A stretch of 64,000 nt of DNA, from positions 620,001 to 684,000 of the forward strand of contig NOWV01000002.1 in the NCBI GenBank assembly GCA_003344405.1. The letters run 5' to 3'. The position numbers and the translations under genes are program-made. A model generated the notes under the pieces. It was not told the DNA's origin. It made no database searches and saw only the letters and a program-made list of their open reading frames with translations. Within the stretch, counting starts at the first letter, position 1, and each line of letters starts with the position of its first letter. The stretch comes from Trichoplax sp. H2 (Eukaryota). This document shows positions 11,101 through 30,253 of the stretch, piece after piece.

Positions 11101-14100
11101 TAATGTTCGATGTTTTTTATTTGTTCGTTGTACGTTTATCCTGTACAGTATTTTGATTTAGCAAAACGACTGTATTTTAGAGTTTTGGAGAATATGCTCA
11201 AAGGCGTAAGTTTGTAATGATATCCGCTGAATGATATAAATATGTTCTGAATATTGACCTGATGTTATTTATGACTTCTAGGAACAAAGGAGGCTTGGAA
11301 ACAGCGATTTTAGGTAAGTTCTAAGTCTGAGTTGGGTATCACTTTGTTGCCTGATTACGTCTTAAGAGGTTTGATATTGTTATTAAAATCTTGCCAATTC
11401 TCGCAGCGTACTACTGAATCATGACGTATTTCACTCATCGTTATTGGCCTGTTCATTGGAGGTCGTCCTTTTTACTTATAATAGCCCACGTACGTATTCT
11501 AATATTTGGACAGTTTTCAATGATTTATATAATCTATAATTCAGTAATACACTAATAAGCAAAGAAATAAATATTTGACAGATACAAGCAATAGTAACAA
11601 GTATGGTTATGAATTTTCATTTCCTTGGATCCTTGATATTCTTGATATAAAGGTCTGTAGTTTAATATTCAAGAAAGGATTAGAGTTACTTTGAAAAACA
11701 GATTAGAATCTAATACTCGTTTTTATACATGTAGGCATATCACTTTGGTAAAGTAATAGAAAGTTTTATACGTAGCGAATTATCTCTGGATAACAATTTA
11801 GTACAGGTTGTTACTCAAAAGCTGTGATTGCTTAAAGATAGATCAAATGTCGTCCAAAAAATTTCTTTTTGATATTTACTATTTTTATCCATATTCCTTT
11901 AATTTTGTAAAATTTTATACTGATCTCATTTTTTAGCATCTCAATTTTATTGAATCAATGATATTAGAAAGCTTGGCATGGCGAGCGGTGAGTTATTTGG
12001 ATTTATTAATTAATGTTGTAGTACTTACTTATCAGTAAGCTTTCAATGATTAAAAATAAAGGATCTTTTCTGTTATAGTCTTCCCCATTATATGCAGCAC
12101 TGGAATCTTCTAAAATTGATCTTCGTTATAGGCAGTTGGTAACCGAGGTAGGGAATATACTAATTTGTGGTGTTGCCCTATTGTATGATATTTTCGAATA
12201 TATTTTTAATAAAATATTTTTGAATTTTAACATAATGAATACATGTCGCAGAACAAAACCGAAGTGGCGGGTTCATTACTGGAAACGTAAGTATTTAGGA
12301 GATTATTTTTCCTGTAATTGATATTACAAAGATCTAATAATTATCGATTTCTACGGATATGGCTATTCTGTTTTTATTAACACTTTTATCAATGTAATTG
12401 GATATATTTCTAATAGGTGCCTTTCACCAGTTAAAAAGTCTCATACTAGCGAAAAGCAAAGTTGTGGTGACGAGACTCAGAAGAAACTACATTCTGTCGA
12501 TTTATTTTACAGAAAAGGTTGAGTAATTTTTGTTCATTGTGTGGTATTACAAAGTTACATAACTACAGTATTTTGGAATGCTCATTTACTATGTTGTATT
12601 ATTGTAAACTATAGTGTTTCAACTTGCATACTTGCGACTAAAAAATTTATGTGATGCCTTAAAAATTGATGAAAAAACGGTTAGTCTGCTCTTTTAAGTA
12701 ATCATACGTGTTATTCAGTAAGTCATTTACTATATTCTTATCAAGAAATTCTATTGTAATAACATTATCCTAGATTAATCGAACATGGACTTGCTATCAT
12801 TATGCTCTAACCTACAAAACAAAGCTATTTATGGATCGTCACATTGATCAGGTTTTGATGATACTTTATTACTGATTAGTGTAAATTCAATGGGTTGTGT
12901 GATTCTATGCTGTACTTTTGTTTAAATATCGCGATTGCTTACTTTAGGTAATGTTGTGCTGTACATATGCCGTGTGCAAGGTGATGCAAAAGGAAATTCA
13001 ATTCAAAGAAATTATTCATCACTATAAAAGCTTATTTGGAAGATCGAGCTCCGTATGTAGTTTCCTCATGACTATTATCGTTTAGTTGAAAATTTTTAAA
13101 CAACATCATATCATTTAATCCTTGAATAATAGGTATGCCGAAATGTGCTATTACTTTCCAACCAATATGGTACTATTATTGCGTTCTACAATCAAATTTT
13201 TATTTGTGAAATGAAGGAATTCGTGCTGAAACTGTCTTCCGTCAATGCTGTTAGTATATTTGCAGCTAATTGTATTGAATAACTTTGTTGACCATACTTT
13301 TGCACATTTCCTGGCATCCTTGGATTAAAATTTCTTGATATGTCATTCGTTCACAGGCACTGCAGCTGTCTCCTATCCCAACGTACAATAGTAGATCACC
13401 ACGCTCTGACGGTGTCGGCAAGAGGTAGTTATATTCTACAATGGTCATTAAGCAGTATCTTTAATTAATTTATTCACCGTGACCGGAATTTGTTAATTTA
13501 GAATTCCATGGGTATCAAATGTTTATCTCTCTCCTTTAAAACGTAAAGATATTTTAACTCCAAGATCGAAAGCTTTATACTGCTTTGGAGATGCACTGGA
13601 GGTATGTATATGTGTATACGTGTTTCGTTTATATTTCTTTCTTATTATTGAGCACAAATTGGTTAGACTGCAGTATATTAGCGTATTATACCGTGTCGCA
13701 AATAAAAATTTGCGTACAGAAATTCAATTTTAATTGATAGTGTTAACTGTTTACCGTAATCATGTTTGCAGTCATCAAGGAAGCTATCTGAAATTAATGA
13801 GATTGTCCATAAGGGTAGCATGAAATCTTCGAAGAGATTAAAATTTGATGACACAACGGTTACTGCGGACGTGGATGTAACATCGAGATGTGCCGAAGCC
13901 CGGCCCGGATTATCAAATTTGGATCAAGACGAGAATCCCACTGACAATCCTACGAATAATTACAAGGCAGTTATGTTGGAAAATCGATTGGCGGATTTCG
14001 GTGGGTCATCTTTTGCTGTTATTGATATATCACGCAAAAGCAACACTCGATAGTGATAATGAATTTTTAAGCGTGTACTAAAATTAATCAAAGTGGTATA

Positions 14101-14179
14101 CTCGTATATATCTTGATCAGAGGATTTTCGATTCGTCTTTTCAGCTTCCGATCGTCTTTCCGTAAATCAGCAAAAATGA
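8129..14179 (+). CDS. RB1: Retinoblastoma pocket protein, RB1-type (~30 short exons)
   Basis: Spliced translation gives IWLLFLVAK, REYEAAFIKNGDFDERAFL, pocket A (AKRLYFRVLENMLKGEQRRL, FHSSLLACSLEVVLFTY, FPWILDIL, KVIESFIRSE, ILESLAW) and pocket B (LFYRKVFQLAYLRLKNLC, FMDRHIDQVMLCCTYAVCKV, IIAFYNQIF). C-terminus has LSPIP, NVYLSPLK, LTPRSKALYCFG and KRLKFD. Last exon 14145-14179 (ASDRLSVNQQK*) is preferred over the unspliced stop at 14053. Confidence 0.93.
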
Positions 14180-15564
14180 ATTAATTCTCAAGATATAAGT
14201 ATCATACCAAAAAATATTGGTTAGGACATTATTCTGTACCTGTGACAACAACTGCAATCTGTTACAATTTTATAAATGTTATAGCAACGAAATGACTTCA
14301 GGTTGTCTCGAGGTATCCCAACTTTTGAAACGTTTCTGGTTTGATCGGGCTGTTGAAACGGTTATTCTTTATTCCCTTACTAGTAAAGAATTTATTTCGA
14401 TCTAGAATATTATTTCAATTTCATTGTAATTTATCAATAGTTCTATTATCATTCGATAGCAGACGCTTTCTTATAATTACATTGTTACTAATTCACTTAT
14501 TTACAGTTTAGTTGCCGTAGAAAGAAATTTAATGATATTAGTGTATCCTACAGCAAAGGTAGTCCTTCTTGTTTATTTTATAGCACGTTGTGTGTAAGCG
14601 ATTCCATTCGTCTGGTTTTCTTGTAGACACAGTACTGTATTTATAATAAGATTCAGCATGTGATATTCTTCAATTAATTAATATTATATTATATAAGATT
14701 GTCTGATATGCCCTTATCATTAAGTCATCTTATGCTCGGTAGTAGTACGTTGTAGACAACAATGGAATTTTAAAGGAGTTGTCATTACCTAACATGTAAA
14801 AGATTACTTTCATCATTTTGCTTGTTTATGTTATCATAAAATCCCTAAGACCAGTAACAATTCATAATTATACGTACATCAGTAGAAAACTGTTTTGATT
14901 CAGTAAATGATTTGGAAAGAGAAAAATAATAACTACAGTAAGAATCTTCTTGGTATACGAAGTTATAAAATAAAAATTTTTTAAATTATGGAGCTATGCA
15001 AAATGGTGAGATTTTATGGCTGCGCGTTTTTGTGCTGTAGACCTGTAGTGTTGCCTACTGTAAATCGGTCAATCGCCGTTTGACTATTAAATATTTACAG
15101 TAATAGTTTATGATACTATAAATGCAGAGCAGAAAGATTGTTTTGTGTTGACAGTAATGTAAACTGGACAAGAATTATAACATACTATCTATTTTATCAT
15201 CCTGTCCTTTTTTATCGTTAAGCTCTCAACCTAAACCTGACTTTGATTTATTGCAATGATAAGTAATTAATGATAGCTTTTGGGCTCCCTTAGAGTTGTT
15301 GGGCCTAGGTCTTATGCATTTCCTCTGAAATTAATTAATTACTAGTATTATTTTTAATAATAATATAACACATATATATAAATTATTATCTTTTATTATT
15401 TATTTATAGTATTAAACGTCACAGTATACGTCGTTGCGAATGCAATGTGGAACCAAAATATCACTCACTTTTTGCAATTAGTGAATTGAACTAAATACTG
15501 TACACTATACACCGTATAGTATACAGGAAACTGCCTGGGATTATGGGGTTTATTGAAATTCTTT

Positions 15565-15911
15565 GAATGGGATGATAACTACTGTACTGTATGTACAGTG
15601 TACTGTAGATTAATGTAGACCGTACTGTACATCATTAGCGATTTGCTTTTGCAGGTTTTTGAAGTTTTAGGGATGGGATGATAGCTATTGTACACAGTGT
15701 ACAGTACAGTGTAGACTAACGTAGAGACCGTACATTATTATGTACAGTGTAGACTCATGTCGACCGTACCTCCTTATTAGCGATTTACTTTTGCAGGTTT
15801 TTGAAGTTTTTGGGATGGGATAATAACTAGTGTACAGTGTAGACTAATGTAGAGACCGTACCTTATTAGCGATTTGCTTTTGCAAGTTTTTGAAATTTTG
15901 GGGGATAGGAT
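15565..15911. repeat. ~90-bp minisatellite (left copy, ends at assembly gap)
   Basis: Unit approximately gggatgggatgataactagtgtacagtgtagactaatgtagagaccgtaccttattagcgatttgcttttgcaggtttttgaaattttg. Confidence 0.9.
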
Positions 15912-15931
15912 NNNNNNNNNNNNNNNNNNNN

Positions 15932-16708
15932 TACTTGGCGTTTAGAGGTACTTTCTACTTAATGTTATTAAGCTAAATTGTCCTACACCAGTAATTTCCA
16001 ATTTTCTTGACTACTGTATTAGCCTATTCTAATTTTAGATAGTACCGTAGAGTACTGTATGTTGGGATGATTTCTCCAATTCTATTCTACACTACAGCAC
16101 ATAGTGCAATATTACCAACAGTATTGAGTATTGAGTAGAGATGTTGAACGCCTTGTGGAAAGCGGTTGATCGCTGATAGCCGAACTGGATCGCAGTATCA
16201 TGAATTGCTCATGGTCAATAAATACCGCTATTTATGGAGTAGTCCGAGACTATATGCCACAATGAAAAAGCGAAAGTCAGTTTCAATTTCAATGACACTC
16301 TACAGTATAGGATAGGCTATTTTCTGTCCTTCCTGACTGTGTGATCTTCTTCATTTTCTCCGTTGCAATCCGCAAAAGGAAGTGGATCACGCCATACTTT
16401 TAGTTAAGAGTTTGACAGTATTGTACTGTACGGCGTTCAAGTTGTGTTTTTTGTCTGTGCTACCGTAGAACTACTGTAGTGTACCGTACGTACTGTACTG
16501 TACAGTACATTGTACAGTACGGTACTGTACTGTACTGTACAAAGAAGTATCAGCAGTTTCCCGCGAAAATGATGGAGGTCGACACCCGTCATGAGGTCTG
16601 ATTGGTTGATTCTAGAAGACGATTGAATTCATTATTTATACAGTACAGTACAGTATACGGTACAGGACAGTACAGTACTGGACTGCAATAAGACTAACAA
16701 TAACCACC
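15932..16708 (+). repeat. Near-identical copy of 3989-4822 on a gap-bounded contig
   Basis: Aligns end to end with 3989-4822 apart from SNPs and indels; N runs lie at 15912-15931 and 16709-16728. Confidence 0.95.
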
Positions 16709-16728
16709 NNNNNNNNNNNNNNNNNNNN

Positions 16729-17646
16729 ATTAGTGAATTGAACTAAATACTGTACACTATACGGTGTATAGTGTACAGGAAACTGCCTGGGATTATGGGG
16801 TTTATTGAAATTTTTTGAATGGGATGATAACTACTGTACTGTATGTACAGTGTAGATTAATGTAGACCGTACATCATTAGCGATTTGCTTTTGCAGGTTT
16901 TTGAAGTTTTAGGGATGGGATGATAGCTACTGTACACAGTGTACAGTACAGTGTAGACTAACGTAGAGACCGTACATTATTAGCGATTTTTGAAATTTTG
17001 GGGATGGAACTACTGTACAGTGTAGACTCATGTCGACCGTACCTCCTTATTAGCGATTTACTTTTGCAGGTTTTTGAAGTTTTTGGGATGGGATAATAAC
17101 TAGTGTACAGTGTAGACTAATGTAGAGACCGTACCTTATTAGCGATTTGCTTTTGCAAGTTTTTGAAATTTTGGGGGATAGGATGATAAGTGGTGTACAG
17201 TGTACTGTATATTAATGTAGAAACCGTACATTATTAGCTATTTGCTTTAGTAGGTTTTTGAAATTTTGGGAATGGGATGATAACTAGTGTACTGTACGGT
17301 ACAGTGTAAATTAATATAGAGACCGTACCTTATTAGCGATCTGCTTTTGTAGGTTTTTGAAATTTTTTTGGGGGGGGGGATGGGATGATAACTGGTGTAC
17401 AGTACAGTGTAGACTAATGTAGAGACCTTATTAGGGATTTGCTTTTGCAGGTTTTTGAAATTTGGGGGGGATGGGATGATAACTAGTGTGCAGTGTAGAC
17501 TAATGTAGAGGCCTTATTAGGGATTTGCTTTTGCAGGTTTTTGAAATTTGGGGAGATGGGATGATAACTAGTGTACAATGGAGAGTCTGTAGACTAATGT
17601 AGACCTTGCATGATCGTTATTATTATTAGCGATTTGCTTTGCAGGG
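16729..17646. repeat. Second copy of 15477-15911 continuing into ~9 units of the ~90-bp minisatellite
   Basis: Same unique leader (attagtgaattgaactaaatac...) as at 15477, followed by degenerate tandem units with variable G-runs. Confidence 0.9.
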
Positions 17647-18601
17647 TTCTAAAGAGTCTCGACAGAGAGGCGAAGTTAGTTGACTTTTACAGTTAGTAGA
17701 GTACTGCACTATACGCGTCTTTCACCAAATTGCGACAGAGAAAATTTGGAGAATTTTTTCACTCTTGTACTGTTCTATAGTCATTCCACTGTCGTATCAG
17801 TAGTCTTTTTTTGCATTACTAAAGCACGGTACCGTTCCGTTCCGTGACAATGTAGTCGCCATGCGGTCTTGCATGTCTCTTGTCATGCTCAGAATGATGG
17901 CGTAAAATCATCTTTTTATCATAGTAAGTTGTACGTTTGCAATTTTGTACTATCTACTACAGTCAAAAGTACAGTGCTGTTACTGTATTGACACAGTGGA
18001 TTTATTTCAATGACAGTATCTTTTACAACACTCCAAGTCAGCAATGGAATTCATAACGAGTGGCGGTAACCACAGACACATGGCTAATTGGCTATGCAAA
18101 GTGCTATCAAGCAAGTATTAAAAGGCAAAAGTTAAGGTGGCAACCTTCAAGACTACAACACGTGTACAGTAGAACAAAACTACAAATTACTATAGTGGCT
18201 TTACATAGCGCAACGACTACCACTGATACTGCTTTCGGTATTGACGTAACAGATTAGGCATTTCAGAAATTTACTGCCACTAGCGCCAGCACAGCCAGCC
18301 ACTTGAGCACATGCCTGTACAGTACCAGACAGGAGAGTACAGTCCCTAGTTACAGTACTTAGTACTGTCAAAGTTCACTTTTTTTTCCGGTCATTTGCAC
18401 AATGCACATGCACATTCGATATGGTTACGCTAGTGTACTGTACGCGGGCACAAGTTTTGCCCTCACTGTGTAATGAGTCTACTGACTAGATCGAGTCAAA
18501 CCATTCATTGTACATCCGTGCTTCAATCGAATTGCAAAAAATTTTTTCTTGCCTTCTTGAAATCGCTTTTCACTCACTAATGATCAGCAATCTCTGCTAA
18601 G

Positions 18602-24818
<6,217 letters not shown>

Positions 24819-26690
24819 AAAGTCATAAATCGTGATAATGTGTTAAGCCATGAAGTAAGGAGCAAGAGATGTTGGTAGAATTTGTATTAACAATGCTACC
24901 AAATTAAATGCACAGGTTAATATTTGAATTTCACGTTAAGAAGAGTAGTATAATACTTTCTTAATAACGTTTAAGCTATTACACTACGAGTTGTTTGAAC
25001 GTGGCTGCTATAAAGAAATTACGGTACAGTATATAGATTTTTTAGCTCGTCCTTTTTTTGACTTTAGTAGTCTGACATTAGTGAGAATGTTAACATATAA
25101 TAAAAAGCCATCAATCAATATTTGCATTATACTACCACCAATGATTGATGGTCAAAATTTGTCGGTTCTATACAATCGGTAAATTCGATAAATTTGACTT
25201 AGTGCCATGTATCATTGGAATACTTTAATTTACAGTACAAACCAATATGGTTCTTTAATACTTACTATTATAATTATTAGCCGATAATGTTATCTTTGCT
25301 GTAACAACATCCAAACTACTATGTTGAAAAGATATGCGCTTATATACAAACGGCGATTAAAATTTTTATTATAACACAATGTAATCTGTTGTTGTTATGA
25401 TGCCACTCTATGGTAGTAGTTTTTATGACCTCTTGAAGAATAGTAGTATGGTACTTTAATCTCTTTAAGATCAGAATAGTAAGGATGCGTTTATGGTCAA
25501 GGCGTTAAAAGTGCGCGGTATTTAACCGATGAAAGCTTAGATGACACAGCTGCCTTTATCGATTCGATATTTGATGTGCTTCTGATCAATTTTTGTTTTT
25601 AATGTCAACTGGAAATAATAAACTACCAAGTCTTACCTATTAATTCATCGAGTTATATGATTACTTGTTGAAGTTACGAATGAAATGTAAGTTTAGGAAA
25701 AGTTTAAGCAACTTGGAGCTAGCATTCGCATACTAGATTGAGAAAGGGTCTAAAATCTCTATCAATTATGAGTAAACACTACAATGTCGACTTACAGTAT
25801 AATACCATATCAGAGAATGGATTGATCGCAAGTTAAGGAATGAATACAGTACTCCGATTTTCAGAAACGTATGTGTCAACACTGAACAGCCCCGCTGTTG
25901 AAAATCATCTGCAATTTGGTAATTTTTTGTACCATCCTGTCTGCGTTAGACGTTATTTACTATGTACTATAATATAATTTGTAATCGAACAACGAGGGTA
26001 TACGTAGTCTCTCTACTCCATTGTAGGAGAGACTAGAAAAGTATTTTGGGTTAGATGTCTGTATTCGTATAGTAAAGCGTAAGTACAACTACAAGGAGCT
26101 GAGTCGAAATGCTAAAACATCGGGTAGGGCAGTTCGGACAGCATCCCGTCCTATCTTACAATCTGCAACGCAAAAATACCTACAGTACAGACTATCTCAA
26201 CTCCCAAGCTAGCTTGTTTTGTCCCCGTTCTCATTCTTCCATAAACTCTACAGATTGTAATCTAGAACTAGCCATTTAAATCAAAGCGAAATGATTTGAT
26301 GACGGTTATAATAAGCAGTCTCGCTGCTTGTGGTACTGCGTCTTTAAATGTGAAATGGCTCCGTCTAGCATGGCACCGCAGGTCAGACAGACAGAACTGC
26401 TGTACCGTGGTGGTACCAAATTTATCATTGAGAAGTCCCCGCTGCATTGCACTTGTATTATAACACGGACAGACAAGGAACTGGACTTTTCACCTACTGT
26501 ATACTGTAGGTATAGCAAGCAGTGAGTCGTTGGCGACGTTGGTACAGTTGCTGTAGATTCGATTTTCACACGTAGCGTACTGTACAAAACAGTACAGTAA
26601 AGTCGGAGACAGTACTGTACAGTATAGGTGATCCAGTGTATCCATCGAAGCCTGTTCAGTGGTCAGTGTCGCGCACTAGAAGAAGACAAG

Positions 26691-28465
26691 ATGGTGAGTT
26701 GGAGAGAGAGTAGTTTGCAAAAAATATGGCGATTGACCAGTAATGAGCAGTTGAATGCTGACATCGTATTCCATAAGAGTAATTGAAACTTGTCTCTCTG
26801 TTTGTAGGTCCAATTTGTATTATTATTTAGCCGGCAAGGTAAGTTACGCTTGCAAAAGTGGTTCAATGCATCCACGCTGAAAGAGAAGAAAAGGACTGCT
26901 CGTGAATTGATTACCGCTATATTAGCTCGTAAACCCAAAATGTGTAACTTTTTGGAATGGAAAGATTTAAAAGTTGTTTATAAGCGGTAGGTAGATGAGT
27001 TGCACGTGGGTGATTGGTCGTTAGTTATTAGCAAGTAGAATATACCATGGGTTAGGATGACTTCTTTCGTGTTGTAAAGTTCGGAAAAGACTTTCAATGC
27101 AATTTGTAAAAAAAATCCATTAGTATCATTTACTCCTGTCGATTTTACTAGTAAAATACAATTACTACTTTTAAAATATACCTCAAATTATGTTGAAAAT
27201 AAGTTTATATGATTATGACTACTTTGATCGTTCAATTAGTGGTCAAGATATCGATTGCTATAGTTGTAATCGTCAATATGTGACTTCATTACGCCTATAT
27301 TTACCAATCATGACAAACGATCGTTTTGGATGTCGTCATTTCTTCAATGATCGAAATGAACGAATATATATAGTCATCATGATCTTCCGATCATGTTGTG
27401 CTATGACTAATCGATTTCTACTACAATACAGTCTATATGACATAGAAATCGATATGCAATTATGCGCCAATGTTATACATGCAATAAAGTCATATACTGT
27501 ACAGTCGGCATAATTCGTATGCTAGTCGACATTCCTTATTGATGGTTCAACATTTTTGAAGGCTGCTATCGCTGAATATGGACATCATTTTGATTATATT
27601 TTCATTTTGTACTTTTGGCGTAGTTATGCTAGCCTTTATTTTTGCTGTGCTATCGAAGAAAATGATAATGAACTGCTAACCTTAGAGCTCATTCATCGTT
27701 ACGTAGAACTCTTGGATAAGTACTTTGGCAGCGTAAGTACATTTTACTTACTTATTCTATAAAGGACTGGAGTATCTTTCTGAAACACCGCTGAATTTCT
27801 CATATAATATACAGTACTATAAAATCACTACAGTGTTGTTTATCAACTTAATTATATGGTGCCTGCACATTAGAGTGCAGTAGATGGTATAAGGCAGATT
27901 ACCATGTTATACGCTATTGGACAAGTTTCACCATAACTTTGAAATATATTTCTTCCTACATGATATGCGCAAGTGCTCACCCTAATGTTCTTTTCCATTT
28001 TATACTTAAATTTTATATCATAGGTGTGCGAATTAGATATTATTTTTAACTTTGAAAAGGTAATGTAGCATTAATTATATCGAAATAGATTGATATCACC
28101 AGTATGATACTAAATCCAGCACTATGCTAGGCTGGTTTCATGATAAACAATCTAACCGAAAAATAACTTTATGGATCTGATTTTAACATATTTTAATCGC
28201 TTTTTGAATTCGATTAGGCATATTTCATATTAGACGAACTATTAATTGGTGGCGATATTCAGGAAACCAGTAAAAAAAATGTCTTAAAAGCTGTTTCAGC
28301 GCAGGACATGCTTCAAGAAGTAATGAAATCGCAATAATATTGCTCACACATCTACTTAAATTATCATAGCTGTAGTTTAACTTTCACCTCACTCCACGTT
28401 CTATATCATTCACGTAGGAAAATGAAACACGAAGTGCACTAGAAGAGCTCGGATTGCCATCTTAA
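26691..28465 (+). CDS. AP1S: AP-1 clathrin adaptor complex small (sigma) subunit
   Basis: Exons 26691-26693 (ATG only), 26808-26986, 27624-27732, 28024-28059, 28218-28319 and 28418-28465. Translation [20 protein letters not shown]...[76 protein letters not shown]...LEELGLPS*. Confidence 0.97.
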
Positions 28466-30253
28466 ATTAGTTTTGACTTTTATCGTACCTGTAAAGGCAA
28501 TAAACGCACTGTATGGTAACTGACAAAGTTATGACTTACGATTATTCTTAAACAGTTATACTACTTATTTTGCATTGATTCGAGTCTCTATGCTACTGTC
28601 GGTATTATGATTTTTTCAATGTTCAAATTTGGATATTGTTATATCGCGATGTATGCATGTACTAATAATTATAATTTTTAGCTTTAAAAATTGTCCACTT
28701 GGTTAAAATTTATTTGATCAGTAGCTAGCTATGAATTCAGTGGCGTATCCTAGCATACAAACTTTAAAATGATGGTATATACAGTATAGTATCTGATATC
28801 ATAGGAATTTCTACTGTAATATTTGAAGCCCGTAACTGTAGTGCTACTTTTCTTATACAAATTTATTTATAGTTTAAATGTAATATGGTGGTAAATGGAT
28901 GGTTTACATTCATAAATGATGAACTGTATAAATTGTATTCTTAGAATGTTCTTCGCTTCTATCTAGATGTAAACTAAACATACAGTATTGTAATTTGCTC
29001 TGCTTATCCATTTTGCAAAAGATAAATTTATAGTAAATTGAAGAAGATTGCATGGTTGATATCAGTTTTTAAATAATTTTAACTACTGTGAGTTATTTGC
29101 TTAGTAGATAATATCTGATAATGAAGCATATTAATTAAAACAATATTAATAAATTAATTAGGTACACCAATTTAGACACGGTATTGCTCTTTGAAGTAAA
29201 ATAACGTAATCCTCATTATTGATATTGTATTAATTCACTACAACAAGCGTATAAGTAATTTAAAAGAACATTACCTTCAGATAGTTATCGATCATTTAAA
29301 TTGCAACGGTATCAGTTACCGCCGGTCAGACTTGCATTTGCATGACGATTAATAAATCACAATGGCAAATGTTCGATAGAGTAGGTAGGTTTAAATTCAA
29401 GAAAGCAAGTATTTTCACATGTTGCATTTTCAAGATGTAAGTCTTTCGATGGTACACGAACGAATGTAGCTAAAATAGATGTCAGTGTACACTGGACTAT
29501 ATACCAGTAACGCGGCACTTCATGGATGTTGAAATAGTGATAACATAACGATTCTGTACTACTGGTAACAGAAAATTCGAATGACGCTTGGAGTAGAAAG
29601 AATGACGACAAATGTCAAAATAGTCGAAATTTACGGTTAATACTTTTACTTAATATAGAACACCGATATAGCAGTTCTTCAATGGTTCCCGCACCCGAAC
29701 TCGCTCGGCCAGCTCACGTTTCAAATACATATTTAATATATCAGTATTTGGCGCTAGTTTATTTCATATTATTAAAATATGGCGAACAGTATAAATCCAC
29801 GATAAATTTGATAGTATTACAGTATTACGTATACCCTTAAGCATATGCTGCTGCAGTTTATGATATCGTATTTACTTTGAAACATGCGCGTTCTTTACGA
29901 AATCTCAATTGGTTTCATTTTCTTAATCATGAGATCATGGTTAGGGGTGGGTGATAATTTACTTACAAAAGTCTCACAATTCAATATTAAAAATTCAGTC
30001 TAGTACCTATTTCGACCAGGAAGCATTAATTACGGTAATTAACCCAAAATTGCCCAATACATTAATCACTACTGTACTCTACTGATATGTCTAGTAAGCT
30101 AAATTAATCACTTTATGAATTGTTAGAATGTCTACAAATTATTCTTTTATACATCGCTACTTTTTAGAAACTATCTACAAAAAGTTATCACAAATTAAAT
30201 GAACTTAGATATATACACGAAATGTTGATACATTTGTACGAATTTCGTAGAAT

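Noticed and set aside
14001..14053. RB C-terminus as given by ORF 13766-14053
   Set aside because: Splicing 14000 to 14145 gives RLADFASDRLSVNQQK*, which better resembles pocket-protein C-termini.
26006..26036. Small hairpin tagtctctctac...gtaggagagacta as a Helitron end or terminator
   Set aside because: Isolated short stem with no second copy or element boundaries in the window.
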